Virus record (IMG/VR): IMGVR_UViG_3300045988_121485
Origin: a virus
Strand: one strand, 5' to 3'
DNA: 59,523 bases
How positions within the stretch are numbered: the first letter of the stretch is position 1; each line of letters starts with the position of its first letter. Of the stretch, positions 8,312-17,047 are shown piece by piece. The translations under genes were made by a program, and so were the position numbers. The notes below the pieces were generated by a model. The model was not told the DNA's origin and searched no databases. It saw only the letters and a program-made list of their open reading frames with translations.

Positions 8312-8562
8312 ACTGTTCAAAGGTAGTCGCAGTCCTGCTCATTGTACGTGGGCAGGACCCCCATAACGATCCAGAAGAGATGGTGATGGAAGATGATCTG
8401 TTGCAGATTAAGATGAGGGATATTGAGTATGAGATAGATTCCTACAGACAAGAGGAGAATAAACGAATGCACTTCGGCTGGCATACATGTGACAAGCCTT
8501 TCCATCCGCAAGATTTCAGACGAGAGGTTACCTGGCATCGCATCAGAAGCCGGTGCTTTTAA
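8308..8562 (+). CDS. Hypothetical protein
   Basis: 84-aa ORF with ATGA overlap to the upstream gene. Confidence 0.35.
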   Translation: MNCSKVVAVLLIVRGQDPHNDPEEMVMEDDLLQIKMRDIEYEIDSYRQEENKRMHFGWHTCDKPFHPQDFRREVTWHRIRSRCF

Positions 8563-8628
8563 AGACAATTAAATAACCATTTAAAGAACAATCTATGAAC
8601 TTAAAAGAATATAAAAACAAGAAGCGTA

Positions 8629-8811
8629 ATGAATAAAATAAAGAACCGTAGGCTTGCTCTACGAGCCTATAAAATCAGAGTCAAACAATACCCTTACAAT
8701 AAGCCATTGATTGATAGAAACAATCTAGCTTTTGTTCATAAGGAAAATGACGGAAACCGATGTGATTGTTTCGGGCATTGGCGTAACTATTGGAATACAA
8801 ATCCATTTTAA
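8629..8811 (+). CDS. Small basic hypothetical protein
   Basis: 60-aa ORF, ATG start. Confidence 0.3.
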   Translation: MNKIKNRRLALRAYKIRVKQYPYNKPLIDRNNLAFVHKENDGNRCDCFGHWRNYWNTNPF

Positions 8812-8821
8812 TAAACCAAGT

Positions 8822-9040
8822 ATGCATGAAACAGAGTGGATAGTTCGCTATCTATATTCGATACCAGAAGTCGTAGCTGGATGCGCAGAAGATAAAATAA
8901 AGATTCCATTAGGTTTATCAAAGAAAGAAATCGAGCAACGCATATCAGAACTGCATCCAGCGTACAGAAGCATTGAATTGATACAAGTATATAAAATGAA
9001 TAGTTATGAACGGAGAACAAATAATACCTCCAATCACTGA
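8822..9040 (+). CDS. Hypothetical protein
   Basis: Track ORF 8732..9040 trimmed to ATG 8822, which removes the overlap with 8629..8811. Confidence 0.3.
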   Translation: MHETEWIVRYLYSIPEVVAGCAEDKIKIPLGLSKKEIEQRISELHPAYRSIELIQVYKMNSYERRTNNTSNH

Positions 9041-9284
9041 TCCATTAGGTCGGAGTTGGAGACAGCCTCACAGAAGGTTTATTGAATTGGATGATACTCA
9101 TGCTCTTATGAGTGAGCAGACTTTTAAAGGTTTAGCAGAATATTCCACTTCAATGCCAACAGGAGTATATGATGGTAAAATGTGGAAAGGATTTGCAAAT
9201 GGCGAATGGTATCTTGTATGGTTTGCTCCTGACAAAGATCCTGATAAAGCTCGTATAGAGAAAAGAAAAATATTAATAGTGTAA
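9006..9284 (+). CDS. Hypothetical protein
   Basis: 92-aa ORF, operon strand. Confidence 0.4.
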   Translation: MNGEQIIPPITDPLGRSWRQPHRRFIELDDTHALMSEQTFKGLAEYSTSMPTGVYDGKMWKGFANGEWYLVWFAPDKDPDKARIEKRKILIV

Positions 9285-9296
9285 AACAAAATAGAA

Positions 9297-10217
9297 ATGA
9301 ATATTGGATTATTGGCTGTGGATAGCAATTATCCTAATCTTGCCTTGATGAAGATAAGCAGCTATCATAAGGCAAGAGGTGACAAGGTTGATTGGTATAA
9401 TCCTTTCGATCATTATGATAAAGTTTATATGGCTAAAGTATTCAGCTTTACAGAGGATTACCGGCAATGGATAACTAATGCTGATCAGATCGAGAAAGGC
9501 GGTACAGGGTATGACATAAAAAAGGTTCTTTTGCCAGAAATTGATAGAATGATTCCTGATTACGATCTGTATAATGTTGATAAGAATTTGGCTTATGGTT
9601 TTCTGACAAGAGGATGCCCTAACAAATGCAAATGGTGTGTAGTTCCTACTAAAGAAGGCAAAATTACCCCATACATGGATATTGAGGAGATAGCCGTCAA
9701 TGGGAGAAAAAACATCATACTCATGGATAACAACATACTTGCATCCGACTACGGTTTGCAGCAGATTGAAAAGATTATCTCCATAGGAGTACGTGTAGAC
9801 TTCAATCAAGGTTTAGACGCCCGCTTAGTGACAGATGATATTGCCCGGCTACTCGCTAAAGTGAAGTGGATAAAACGTATTCGGTTCGGTTGTGACACAC
9901 CGGGACAAATCGCAGAATGTGAACGGGCTACGGATTTGATTGACAAATACGGGTATAAAGGCGAATACTTCTTCTACTGTATTCTGCTGAATGACTTTAA
10001 AGAATCGTTTGAGCGTGTCAATCATTGGAAGAACAAAGGTGGTCGGTTCTTGCCGCATTGTCAGCCTTACCGGGACTTAAATAATCCTCGTCAAATTATT
10101 CCTCAATGGCAAAAGGATTTAGCCGGATGGGCTGATAAGAAGTGGATTTTTAGAAGTTGTGAATTTAAAGACTTCATTCCGCGAAAGGGATTTGTTTGTA
10201 GTGAATATTTTAACTAA
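9297..10217 (+). CDS. Radical SAM domain protein
   Basis: GFLTRGCPNKCKWCVVP contains the C-x3-C-x2-C cluster motif; N-terminal about 100 aa looks like a short Rossmann/B12-binding-like module. Confidence 0.6.
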   Translation: MNIGLLAVDSNYPNLALMKISSYHKARGDKVDWYNPFDHYDKVYMAKVFSFTEDYRQWITNADQIEKGGTGYDIKKVLLPEIDRMIPDYDLYNVDKNLAYGFLTRGCPNKCKWCVVPTKEGKITPYMDIEEIAVNGRKNIILMDNNILASDYGLQQIEKIISIGVRVDFNQGLDARLVTDDIARLLAKVKWIKRIRFGCDTPGQIAECERATDLIDKYGYKGEYFFYCILLNDFKESFERVNHWKNKGGRFLPHCQPYRDLNNPRQIIPQWQKDLAGWADKKWIFRSCEFKDFIPRKGFVCSEYFN

Positions 10218-10230
10218 TAACAAAACAAAA

Positions 10231-10842
10231 ATGAAGAAACTATTATTAATTCTTACAGTTGTCATAGTAGCAAGCTGTAAAACCGAGAATGTATATCTGA
10301 CTGTGTTTCCTATAAAACGGATTACAGAAATAACAGATACAATATATGTTGTTCCTGATAATCGCTTTAAAAAAGACTTTCATATAGCAGATAGCCTTTT
10401 CGAAAAGGCTTCTGATGAAGCGATGAAATCGGCGCATGAGAAAATCAAACATTTACTTAAAATACGGATATGGACAAAAAAAGATATAACAAAGAGATAT
10501 ACAAAAATGGCATCAACCATTGAAGATGTTAAAATATACGATGGTCGCGGAACGTATGATTTATATGAGTGTGAAAAATGTGGTCGTAATAAAATTACCA
10601 CATACGCAGACAAAGGTGTTACTCCCTTTATTATTAGATGTAGTTGTGGTGGGTTAATGCAACATACAAGGTCCTTTAAGAATGTGCCGGATTACATTCG
10701 AGTATTTAGGTGGAAAAGACCTACACTTGAACAGACAATGAAGCTATCTAAAGGGATGATGGAACATGTTCTTAATGGAGGGCTGGTATTAGATATAGAT
10801 GATGAAGATTTAGAAGAGAGGAGGAAATATGAAGAATATTAA
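10231..10842 (+). CDS. Putative lipoprotein with C-terminal zinc-ribbon-like domain
   Basis: MKKLLLILTVVIVASC lipobox at ATG 10231; C-terminal CEKCG...CSCGG; an alternative internal start at 10507 would give only the Zn-ribbon part. Confidence 0.4.
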   Translation: MKKLLLILTVVIVASCKTENVYLTVFPIKRITEITDTIYVVPDNRFKKDFHIADSLFEKASDEAMKSAHEKIKHLLKIRIWTKKDITKRYTKMASTIEDVKIYDGRGTYDLYECEKCGRNKITTYADKGVTPFIIRCSCGGLMQHTRSFKNVPDYIRVFRWKRPTLEQTMKLSKGMMEHVLNGGLVLDIDDEDLEERRKYEEY

Positions 10843-11059
10843 AGATTTAACAATCAAAGTAACTTATCGAGTTGAACTTGGAAATGTTGAAGTCCCTGAC
10901 GAAGTTTATAATGAATTAGCTAAAGCCTATGATGAAGGTGGTGATGTACCTGAATGGGATGATGAGCTTGAAAACGCAAAAGAATGGCTTAGTGATAATA
11001 TTCGAGAAGCGGATGCAATGGAATGGGAATATGAGATTGATGATTTTCAAGATGAATAA
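10829..11059 (+). CDS. Small highly acidic protein
   Basis: 76 aa rich in D/E (EWDDELENAKEWLSD...EWEYEIDDFQDE); GGAGG before the ATG. Confidence 0.45.
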   Translation: MKNIKDLTIKVTYRVELGNVEVPDEVYNELAKAYDEGGDVPEWDDELENAKEWLSDNIREADAMEWEYEIDDFQDE

Positions 11060-11075
11060 TTAAAAAAAATAAATT

Positions 11076-11330
11076 ATGAAACAAGAATCAAGTGCAATCA
11101 ATCCGTATAACGGAATATTTGGGCAACAAGGTTGGATTTGTCCGAAGTGTGGAAGAGTATATTCACCATATACTCAAATGTGTTTGTTTTGCAAACCTGA
11201 TAATATAACTACTATTTCTAATCTTAGCGACCTTTCTAACAAAAATGTCAGCGAAGAAGAACTAAAAGAAAATCGTAAAACTGTACAGAAAGGAACTAAC
11301 TATGGGATTTACAACACCATGTTTCATTAG
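11076..11330 (+). CDS. Small zinc-ribbon protein
   Basis: CPKCG...CLFCKP. Confidence 0.4.
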   Translation: MKQESSAINPYNGIFGQQGWICPKCGRVYSPYTQMCLFCKPDNITTISNLSDLSNKNVSEEELKENRKTVQKGTNYGIYNTMFH

Positions 11331-11730
11331 AAAAAACACTGAAAGATTAAGAGAGTCTTTGAAACGTTTAGGGATTAGACCACTTCTTTCTAATGAAAGA
11401 TTAAATGCTATTGGAGACAACATTAAAGTATATCATGGGAGAGAAGCCGTTTTCTCTTGCTCCTATTCGCAGGAATTATATGGACATTTTCTTGATTGCG
11501 GGACAAATGAAAATTTATTTCTTGCTATTGCCGCATTAAGAGATGACACAGACCATAATCAACTCTTTGTTAATGACAAAGGAGATTGGGGTATATATCG
11601 AGGCGGTTCTGACGGTGGATTATCGGGCATAGACTTTTACGGAATGCCTAACGACCTTAATGTGGACAATTATCATAAGGCTACAGTAGAAGAGCTAATC
11701 GAACACTTTAAAGGAAAGGAGGAAATATGA
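11302..11730 (+). CDS. Hypothetical protein
   Basis: 142-aa ORF, operon strand. Confidence 0.4.
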   Translation: MGFTTPCFIRKNTERLRESLKRLGIRPLLSNERLNAIGDNIKVYHGREAVFSCSYSQELYGHFLDCGTNENLFLAIAALRDDTDHNQLFVNDKGDWGIYRGGSDGGLSGIDFYGMPNDLNVDNYHKATVEELIEHFKGKEEI

Positions 11731-11924
11731 AAAATTCTAAGAAGAAAGAAATTACACTTGAGTTGGTTAACGACATTCCATCTTTGATAAGAATACAGGA
11801 ATTATCCCTAATAGAGTTAAAGAAGAGTGTTCGTAATCAACAAGTCATAGACTTTCAGGAGGACATTCTAAGAGTCTTAAAAGCTGTCAGTAAAATAGAT
11901 ATGATAAAATTAGATGAAAATTAA
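11727..11924 (+). CDS. Hypothetical protein
   Basis: 65 aa, AGGAGG 4 nt upstream, ATGA overlap. Confidence 0.4.
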   Translation: MKNSKKKEITLELVNDIPSLIRIQELSLIELKKSVRNQQVIDFQEDILRVLKAVSKIDMIKLDEN

Positions 11925-11925
11925 T

Positions 11926-12162
11926 ATGAAACAGACATTAGAAGAAGCTGCCATGCAAGAGCTTAACTCAAGCTATGCGATTATTGTTGACGGTAATCTT
12001 GCATACCAGCGACAAGCGATGCTTAATATGTTCAGAAAGGGTGCAGGATGGCAGAAAGAACAAGCAATTGAAATCCTTTCCTCCGTTTTAGAGAATTGGG
12101 TACATGGCGGTGATGCAGACTGTATCATTGCGGAGTTTGAAGAAAAATTAATGCACAAATAA
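11926..12162 (+). CDS. Hypothetical protein
   Basis: Track ORF 11914 trimmed to ATG 11926, just after the upstream stop. Confidence 0.35.
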   Translation: MKQTLEEAAMQELNSSYAIIVDGNLAYQRQAMLNMFRKGAGWQKEQAIEILSSVLENWVHGGDADCIIAEFEEKLMHK

Positions 12163-12191
12163 TAACGGATTAGAGAGAAAGGAGAATAACT

Positions 12192-12545
12192 ATGCCAACA
12201 ATACTAAGAGAAACTTATCCAACAGCAAGAAAAGAACATGGGTGTGAGTTTTGTGGTGAAAAGATAGCGATAGGACAAAGGTATGTCCGTCAGACAAATA
12301 TCTATGATGGAACTATCTATGACTTTGTCACACATCAAGAATGTAATGAGGTAGCTCATAAATTGAATATGTACGATGATTGTGATGATTCAGGTTTAGA
12401 CGGAGACTCTTTTCGTGAAAACTTGAACGCATATGTATATGCCAACCATTACGATGAACACACAGATGATGTTTATACCAGTTGGCAATTGAATCATTAT
12501 GAGATAGCGAAGAAAGTATTGAAAGAACTTAAAACGGAGAATTAA
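12192..12545 (+). CDS. Hypothetical Cys/His-containing protein
   Basis: HGCEFCGEKI...THQEC; 117 aa. Confidence 0.4.
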   Translation: MPTILRETYPTARKEHGCEFCGEKIAIGQRYVRQTNIYDGTIYDFVTHQECNEVAHKLNMYDDCDDSGLDGDSFRENLNAYVYANHYDEHTDDVYTSWQLNHYEIAKKVLKELKTEN

Positions 12546-12547
12546 TT

Positions 12548-12844
12548 ATGGACGAAAAATTTGTAACATTGGATACTTTCAAGTCGCTGACAGAGAAAGG
12601 ATTCAGTAGTTATCATTACCCTACTCAGTCTGTCGCTCAAAAGTGGCTACGTGAAACCAAGAACCTGCATATTTCCATCGTTAGAAATGCTTGTGGTTAT
12701 GGTTATGATATATGCAAGGCTGATAATGGAACTTTTATAGCTGCCGGTATATTCTACGGTCCTAACGATGGTGGTCAGTGGGATACTTACGAAGAAGCAT
12801 TAGAAGCTGGAATACAGAAAGCGTTAAAAATAATGGAGGTATAA
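12548..12844 (+). CDS. Hypothetical protein
   Basis: 98-aa ORF, 2-nt spacing. Confidence 0.4.
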   Translation: MDEKFVTLDTFKSLTEKGFSSYHYPTQSVAQKWLRETKNLHISIVRNACGYGYDICKADNGTFIAAGIFYGPNDGGQWDTYEEALEAGIQKALKIMEV

Positions 12845-12845
12845 A

Positions 12846-13250
12846 ATGAATCGTACAATAAAATTCAGAGGGAAGTCCGTCTTAAATGACGAATGGATTT
12901 ATGGTGATTTAGTTCATAGAATTAATAGCCCAAAAACAATTTCTCCGGTACAAATCAATGGTATTGGTGTTAAAGAAGATACCGTAGGTCAATTCGCCGG
13001 CTTGTATGACAAGAATGGTTGGGAAATATACGAAGGAGACATTATCAGCGTTAACGGCAAATATCCTAAGATAGTTAAATACATTGATGAATATGCTTGC
13101 TTCTGCCTTGCCAATATTAGTGACTTAAATAAAAAATGGATGTATCCGTGGCAGCAAGTCTCTCCCGGTTGGTGGATCGATCATAAACGAGAAATTCGGG
13201 TGGTTGCTAATATCTACGATCACCCTGAATTAATCAAGGAGGAATTATGA
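12846..13250 (+). CDS. YopX-family protein
   Basis: IKFRGKS...WIYGDL...TVGQFAGLYDKNGWEIYEGDII...VVANIYDHPELI is the classic YopX pattern. Confidence 0.75.
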   Translation: MNRTIKFRGKSVLNDEWIYGDLVHRINSPKTISPVQINGIGVKEDTVGQFAGLYDKNGWEIYEGDIISVNGKYPKIVKYIDEYACFCLANISDLNKKWMYPWQQVSPGWWIDHKREIRVVANIYDHPELIKEEL

Positions 13251-13447
13251 ACAGAGAACTCAATAAATCCCGTTGCCGAGAAAGACCATTAAAGTTGCAA
13301 GAGGATTACATTAATAAACTTATAATAAGTCAAATTGCAGATCTGGCTTATTGTAACGGATATAACACAGTGCTTGATGCTGCGGAAAAGGTTTTGAGTG
13401 ATGAGGATTATTTTAAGATTGTGAAACAATTAGAGAAGGAGGCATAG
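13247..13447 (+). CDS. Hypothetical protein
   Basis: 66 aa, ATGA overlap. Confidence 0.4.
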   Translation: MNRELNKSRCRERPLKLQEDYINKLIISQIADLAYCNGYNTVLDAAEKVLSDEDYFKIVKQLEKEA

Positions 13448-13449
13448 CC

Positions 13450-14097
13450 ATGCAAAAAATTATGTTTTCAGATGAATACGGCTTGACACAGGCTGTTTTG
13501 GATGATCTAAAGACCATGACGAGAAGAATAGTTACTTATCCTTTAAAGTTTAGAGGTGTAAACGTTGCAGGATATTTTGTATGTAAGAGACCTTCTGGTG
13601 AAGTCACTGAAATATGTATGTATGACGAAGATGAACGTATGATTGATGGCGGACAAATTCTCCCCAAATATAAAGTTGGCGAAGTAGTTGCCATTGCACA
13701 AAGCTACAAGGATTTAGGGTATGATCCAGACTCATTAGATAGAGATCCCAAAGACTTAGGTATTCGTGGTTTTATGAAACATTCCGCAGGCTGGAATAAC
13801 AAGATGTTTGTTTCGGCTGCTGCTTGCAAGAAACATATCAGAATCACCGGAGTCAAGTGCGAACGCCTACAGGACATATCGGAAGCGGACTGTTTGAAAG
13901 AAGGGATTATAAAATATACTAAAGACGGAACAGTTTTTAAATATGATTTATTAGACAGATTTGAGATGTTTAGTTGGCAAGATATGAAAAGAAGTCCTAG
14001 AGAAGCCTTTTCTGCCCTGATAGATAAAGTCTCAGGCAAAGGAATGTTTGCATCTAATCCTTATGTTTTTGTTTATGAGTTTATTTTAATAGATTAA
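13450..14097 (+). CDS. Hypothetical protein, possibly ASCH/PUA-like
   Basis: N-terminal ...AVLDDLKTMTRRI resembles the K-T-x-T-R-R start of ASCH-like phage proteins; weak. Confidence 0.3.
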   Translation: MQKIMFSDEYGLTQAVLDDLKTMTRRIVTYPLKFRGVNVAGYFVCKRPSGEVTEICMYDEDERMIDGGQILPKYKVGEVVAIAQSYKDLGYDPDSLDRDPKDLGIRGFMKHSAGWNNKMFVSAAACKKHIRITGVKCERLQDISEADCLKEGIIKYTKDGTVFKYDLLDRFEMFSWQDMKRSPREAFSALIDKVSGKGMFASNPYVFVYEFILID

Positions 14098-14100
14098 TTT

Positions 14101-14244
14101 ATGAACCAAGGAATAGACTATGACCTTTTGGCGGAATGCTTGAAGGCTGCAATGAAAGAAAAGATGCTAAATAAAGACTGGGAAGTAGAGTTATGGGCTT
14201 GTTCTCGGTATAATGCACTAATCTGGGCTAAAAATGTAAAATAA
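14101..14244 (+). CDS. Small ORF (47 aa, below the track cutoff)
   Basis: ATG 3 nt after the upstream stop; MNQGIDYDLLAECLKAAMKEK... Confidence 0.3.
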   Translation: MNQGIDYDLLAECLKAAMKEKMLNKDWEVELWACSRYNALIWAKNVK

Positions 14245-14258
14245 TAAATTTAAATTAT

Positions 14259-14291
14259 TAACTTTGTGCTACATGTCAAGTGGCATGTAGC
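14259..14291 (+). promoter_or_regulatory. -7 box TAACTTTG plus leader stem-loop (loop TCAAGTGG) before terS
   Basis: GCTACATG-TCAAGTGG-CATGTAGC at 14268..14291, 1 nt after the -7 box. Confidence 0.55.
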
Positions 14292-14309
14292 TAATCCAAC
14301 GAAAAGACT

Positions 14310-14825
14310 ATGAAGCTGTCAGTCAAACAAGAAAAATTTTGCAATTCATACTTAGAATGCGGCAACGCTTCCGATGCTTATAGAAATTCTTATAACTGCT
14401 TGAATATGAAGCCAGAAACAATAAACGTGAAAGCTTCTCAACTTCTAAAAAAGGATAAGATTAGGATAAGGGTAGAAGAATTGCAATTAGAATTAAAAAA
14501 GAAGACAGCGATTACTAAAGAGAGAGTCTTGGAGGAGCTGGGTAAAATTGGCTTTTCTACTATCGCACATCTCCATAACACATGGATTGAACGTAAAGAT
14601 TTTGAAAAGATTACAGATGACCAAAAAGCGTGTATTAAGAGCATATCTACCAAGATTATGAAAAAGAATGTTGGTACAAGTGATAATCCGGAAACTGTAG
14701 ATGTAGAAATGGTAAAGATTGAGTTGTATGACAAGGTGAGAGCTCTCGAAGTGATTAATAAGATGATGGGTTATGAGCGCCCTGGAGAAATGAAAACAGA
14801 TTTGCGAATAATTGTCGGTGACTGA
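14310..14825 (+). CDS. terS: Terminase small subunit
   Basis: KQEKFCNSYLECGNASDAYRNSY...ASQLLKKDKI matches the Terminase_2 N-terminal pattern; precedes terL. Confidence 0.8.
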   Translation: MKLSVKQEKFCNSYLECGNASDAYRNSYNCLNMKPETINVKASQLLKKDKIRIRVEELQLELKKKTAITKERVLEELGKIGFSTIAHLHNTWIERKDFEKITDDQKACIKSISTKIMKKNVGTSDNPETVDVEMVKIELYDKVRALEVINKMMGYERPGEMKTDLRIIVGD

Positions 14826-14826
14826 T

Positions 14827-16851
14827 ATGGCTGAGATTGTCTATTCGTATAAGCTTTTTAATCCGTTATTCTGGCATTTGCGTGAGGCTTTTGCTAATAC
14901 AGACCTTCGTTATATAATCAATAAGGGAGGTTCTTCCTCTGGCAAGTCGGTTTCTACCGCCCAGGCTCTTCTTCTTACCGTGTTGGCCGGCGAAGGGAAT
15001 ATTCTTGTGCTCAGAAAAACTGGTGTTTCTATAAAGAATACCGTTTATGAGGAGTTTAAGGAGCAGATTAAAAGGCTGAAAATTGGCGATTTCTTTATTC
15101 CGATAGAGAATTCTATCCGTTGCGTAAATGGGCTGAGAATTGATTTTTCCGGTCTTGATGATCCGGAGAAAATCAAGTCGATCGCTAACTATAAGCGTAT
15201 TCTTCTTGAGGAGGCTAGTGAATTTGAGCATGAAGATTTTATCCAGATAACTTTCCGTTTGCGTGGCAAGGAGGGACTTCAGATTATCCTAAACTTTAAT
15301 CCTACATCGGAAGATTTGTGGATAAAGACAGCTTTGACGGATGTACAGGAATGGCATGATGTGGCTAATTCTCTTCCTGCTGGAAGGGTTAAGGATGCGG
15401 TTACGGGAATGGAGCTTTCTTCTTCATACAGTACGATAAAGAATAAAAGATATAATTTCCCAAAAGAGATTATAAATCCGGTAAATGGCAAGAAAGAGGT
15501 TTATAATCCGGATACCGTGGAGCTTCATTCAACGTATCTGAATAATTTCTGGGTGGTGGGGTCTCCTGACGGTTTATATGGGTATTATGACCGGCAGACG
15601 ATTGCTAACTACGAGTGGTATAGAATTCATAACTATAATTTCTATAGGATCTATGCGCTTGGTGAATGGGGTAGCATCAAGACCGGTGGGGAATATCTTC
15701 ATGCCTTTGATATTAATCGTCATGTCAGACCTGAGAAGTATGATTCTGCATTCCCCGTTTATATTTCAATAGATGACAACCTGTTGCCTTATATTTCAGT
15801 TTCATTCTTCCAGCTAAAGAAAGAGGAACATCAAGGCGTGTCTGTCCGCAGGCCATGTCAGATTCATGAGATATGCGCTAAAGATCCTTTTAATTCAGTC
15901 ACCAAGGCTTCTGAAATGGCGAAATATTACTTAGAGAGCTTGGGGTATAGGGATGTTGTATACGTGCTTGGTGACGCGACTACCCGGAAGGGAAATACAA
16001 TTGACGAGAATAAGCAGTCTTTCTTCGATAAGTTCATCGCGGGGATAAGCAAATCCTATGTTGTAAGAGAGATGATCGAGAAGTCTAATCCTTCGGTTTC
16101 TATGACGGGTGAATTTGTCAATGCAATCCTCGGAGATTATTATAGTGACATATCATTCGTTGTAGATGAAGATTGCAAACAGTCTATCGTTGATTATAAT
16201 AATACCAAAAAGGATGTAGACGGAACGATTCTTAAACTGAGGGAGAAGGATAAGAAGACTGGTCAGACATACGAGAAATATGGTCATTTAACCGATTGCA
16301 TGCGTTATTTTATGTATGTTGTATTTAGACGTGAATATAACGACTTCTCGCTTCGTCGTAAACGTAGCGATGTGAAAGATGATGATTTAATTTACTATAA
16401 TATGAATGCAAAAATTGAAGGAAGAAAAGTCTGCTACATTATCCCTGATAGTGTTGGTAAATGTGTTGTAGCCTGTTTTGTTCTTAATCGTTACATTTTC
16501 CTGCAAGGTGTGCTTTACCTGGAGAGGTTTGATGAGCAGGCTGTAATAGACAGGGTGAATGAATATTCTCCCGACAAGGTGGTTATTGAATGCGGTAAGC
16601 AATATGCCCGTTTTATGTTGAGGCTTAGGGATAATTATGATACATGGGCATTGAAGGATAATGCTAATATAGAGGACCGTATAAATAGCAACATTCTGTA
16701 TATAAAGGAGAATGTCCGCTTCCGGGAAGACGAAAGTGATGAGGCTTACAATAGCTTCCTGTATGACATTTTGGGATATCCTTCAGAGGAAAAGTCGGCT
16801 ATTAATGCGCTTAGTGCGATATGCTCATATGTTTCAAGGATAAAGGATTAA
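14827..16851 (+). CDS. terL: Terminase large subunit
   Basis: Walker A NKGGSSSGKS, Walker B-like RILLEEASE, 675 aa; ATG 14827 preferred over TTG 14812. Confidence 0.85.
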   Translation: MAEIVYSYKLFNPLFWHLREAFANTDLRYIINKGGSSSGKSVSTAQALLLTVLAGEGNILVLRKTGVSIKNTVYEEFKEQIKRLKIGDFFIPIENSIRCVNGLRIDFSGLDDPEKIKSIANYKRILLEEASEFEHEDFIQITFRLRGKEGLQIILNFNPTSEDLWIKTALTDVQEWHDVANSLPAGRVKDAVTGMELSSSYSTIKNKRYNFPKEIINPVNGKKEVYNPDTVELHSTYLNNFWVVGSPDGLYGYYDRQTIANYEWYRIHNYNFYRIYALGEWGSIKTGGEYLHAFDINRHVRPEKYDSAFPVYISIDDNLLPYISVSFFQLKKEEHQGVSVRRPCQIHEICAKDPFNSVTKASEMAKYYLESLGYRDVVYVLGDATTRKGNTIDENKQSFFDKFIAGISKSYVVREMIEKSNPSVSMTGEFVNAILGDYYSDISFVVDEDCKQSIVDYNNTKKDVDGTILKLREKDKKTGQTYEKYGHLTDCMRYFMYVVFRREYNDFSLRRKRSDVKDDDLIYYNMNAKIEGRKVCYIIPDSVGKCVVACFVLNRYIFLQGVLYLERFDEQAVIDRVNEYSPDKVVIECGKQYARFMLRLRDNYDTWALKDNANIEDRINSNILYIKENVRFREDESDEAYNSFLYDILGYPSEEKSAINALSAICSYVSRIKD

Positions 16852-16891
16852 AATTTTAATATTTTAATTTGGTCTAAATTAAAATAATATA

Positions 16892-17047
16892 TATATTTGC
16901 AGTGAGGATGCCAGTCCCTTCGTGTGAAGCTGCACGAAACCCTATACGTCGTAAGGACTATAATACATATATGTAATTAGGCGTATTGTTCGTAATGACT
17001 ATCAACGCGCGGGGAATGGTTATCTAGGTCAGATAATCATTCTTTTT
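16892..17047 (+). promoter_or_regulatory. -7 box TATATTTG plus structured leader ending in a terminator-like hairpin before portal
   Basis: TTCGTG-TGAAGCTG-CACGAA 16919..16938, nested in AGTCC(C)TT/AAGGACT; GGTTATCT-AGGTC-AGATAATC plus T run 17018..17047 abuts ATG 17048. Confidence 0.5.

Noticed and set aside
9309-9809. 166-aa minus-strand ORF
   Set aside because: It is antisense to the radical SAM gene, which carries a clear C-x3-C-x2-C motif. The product is low-complexity and hydrophobic.
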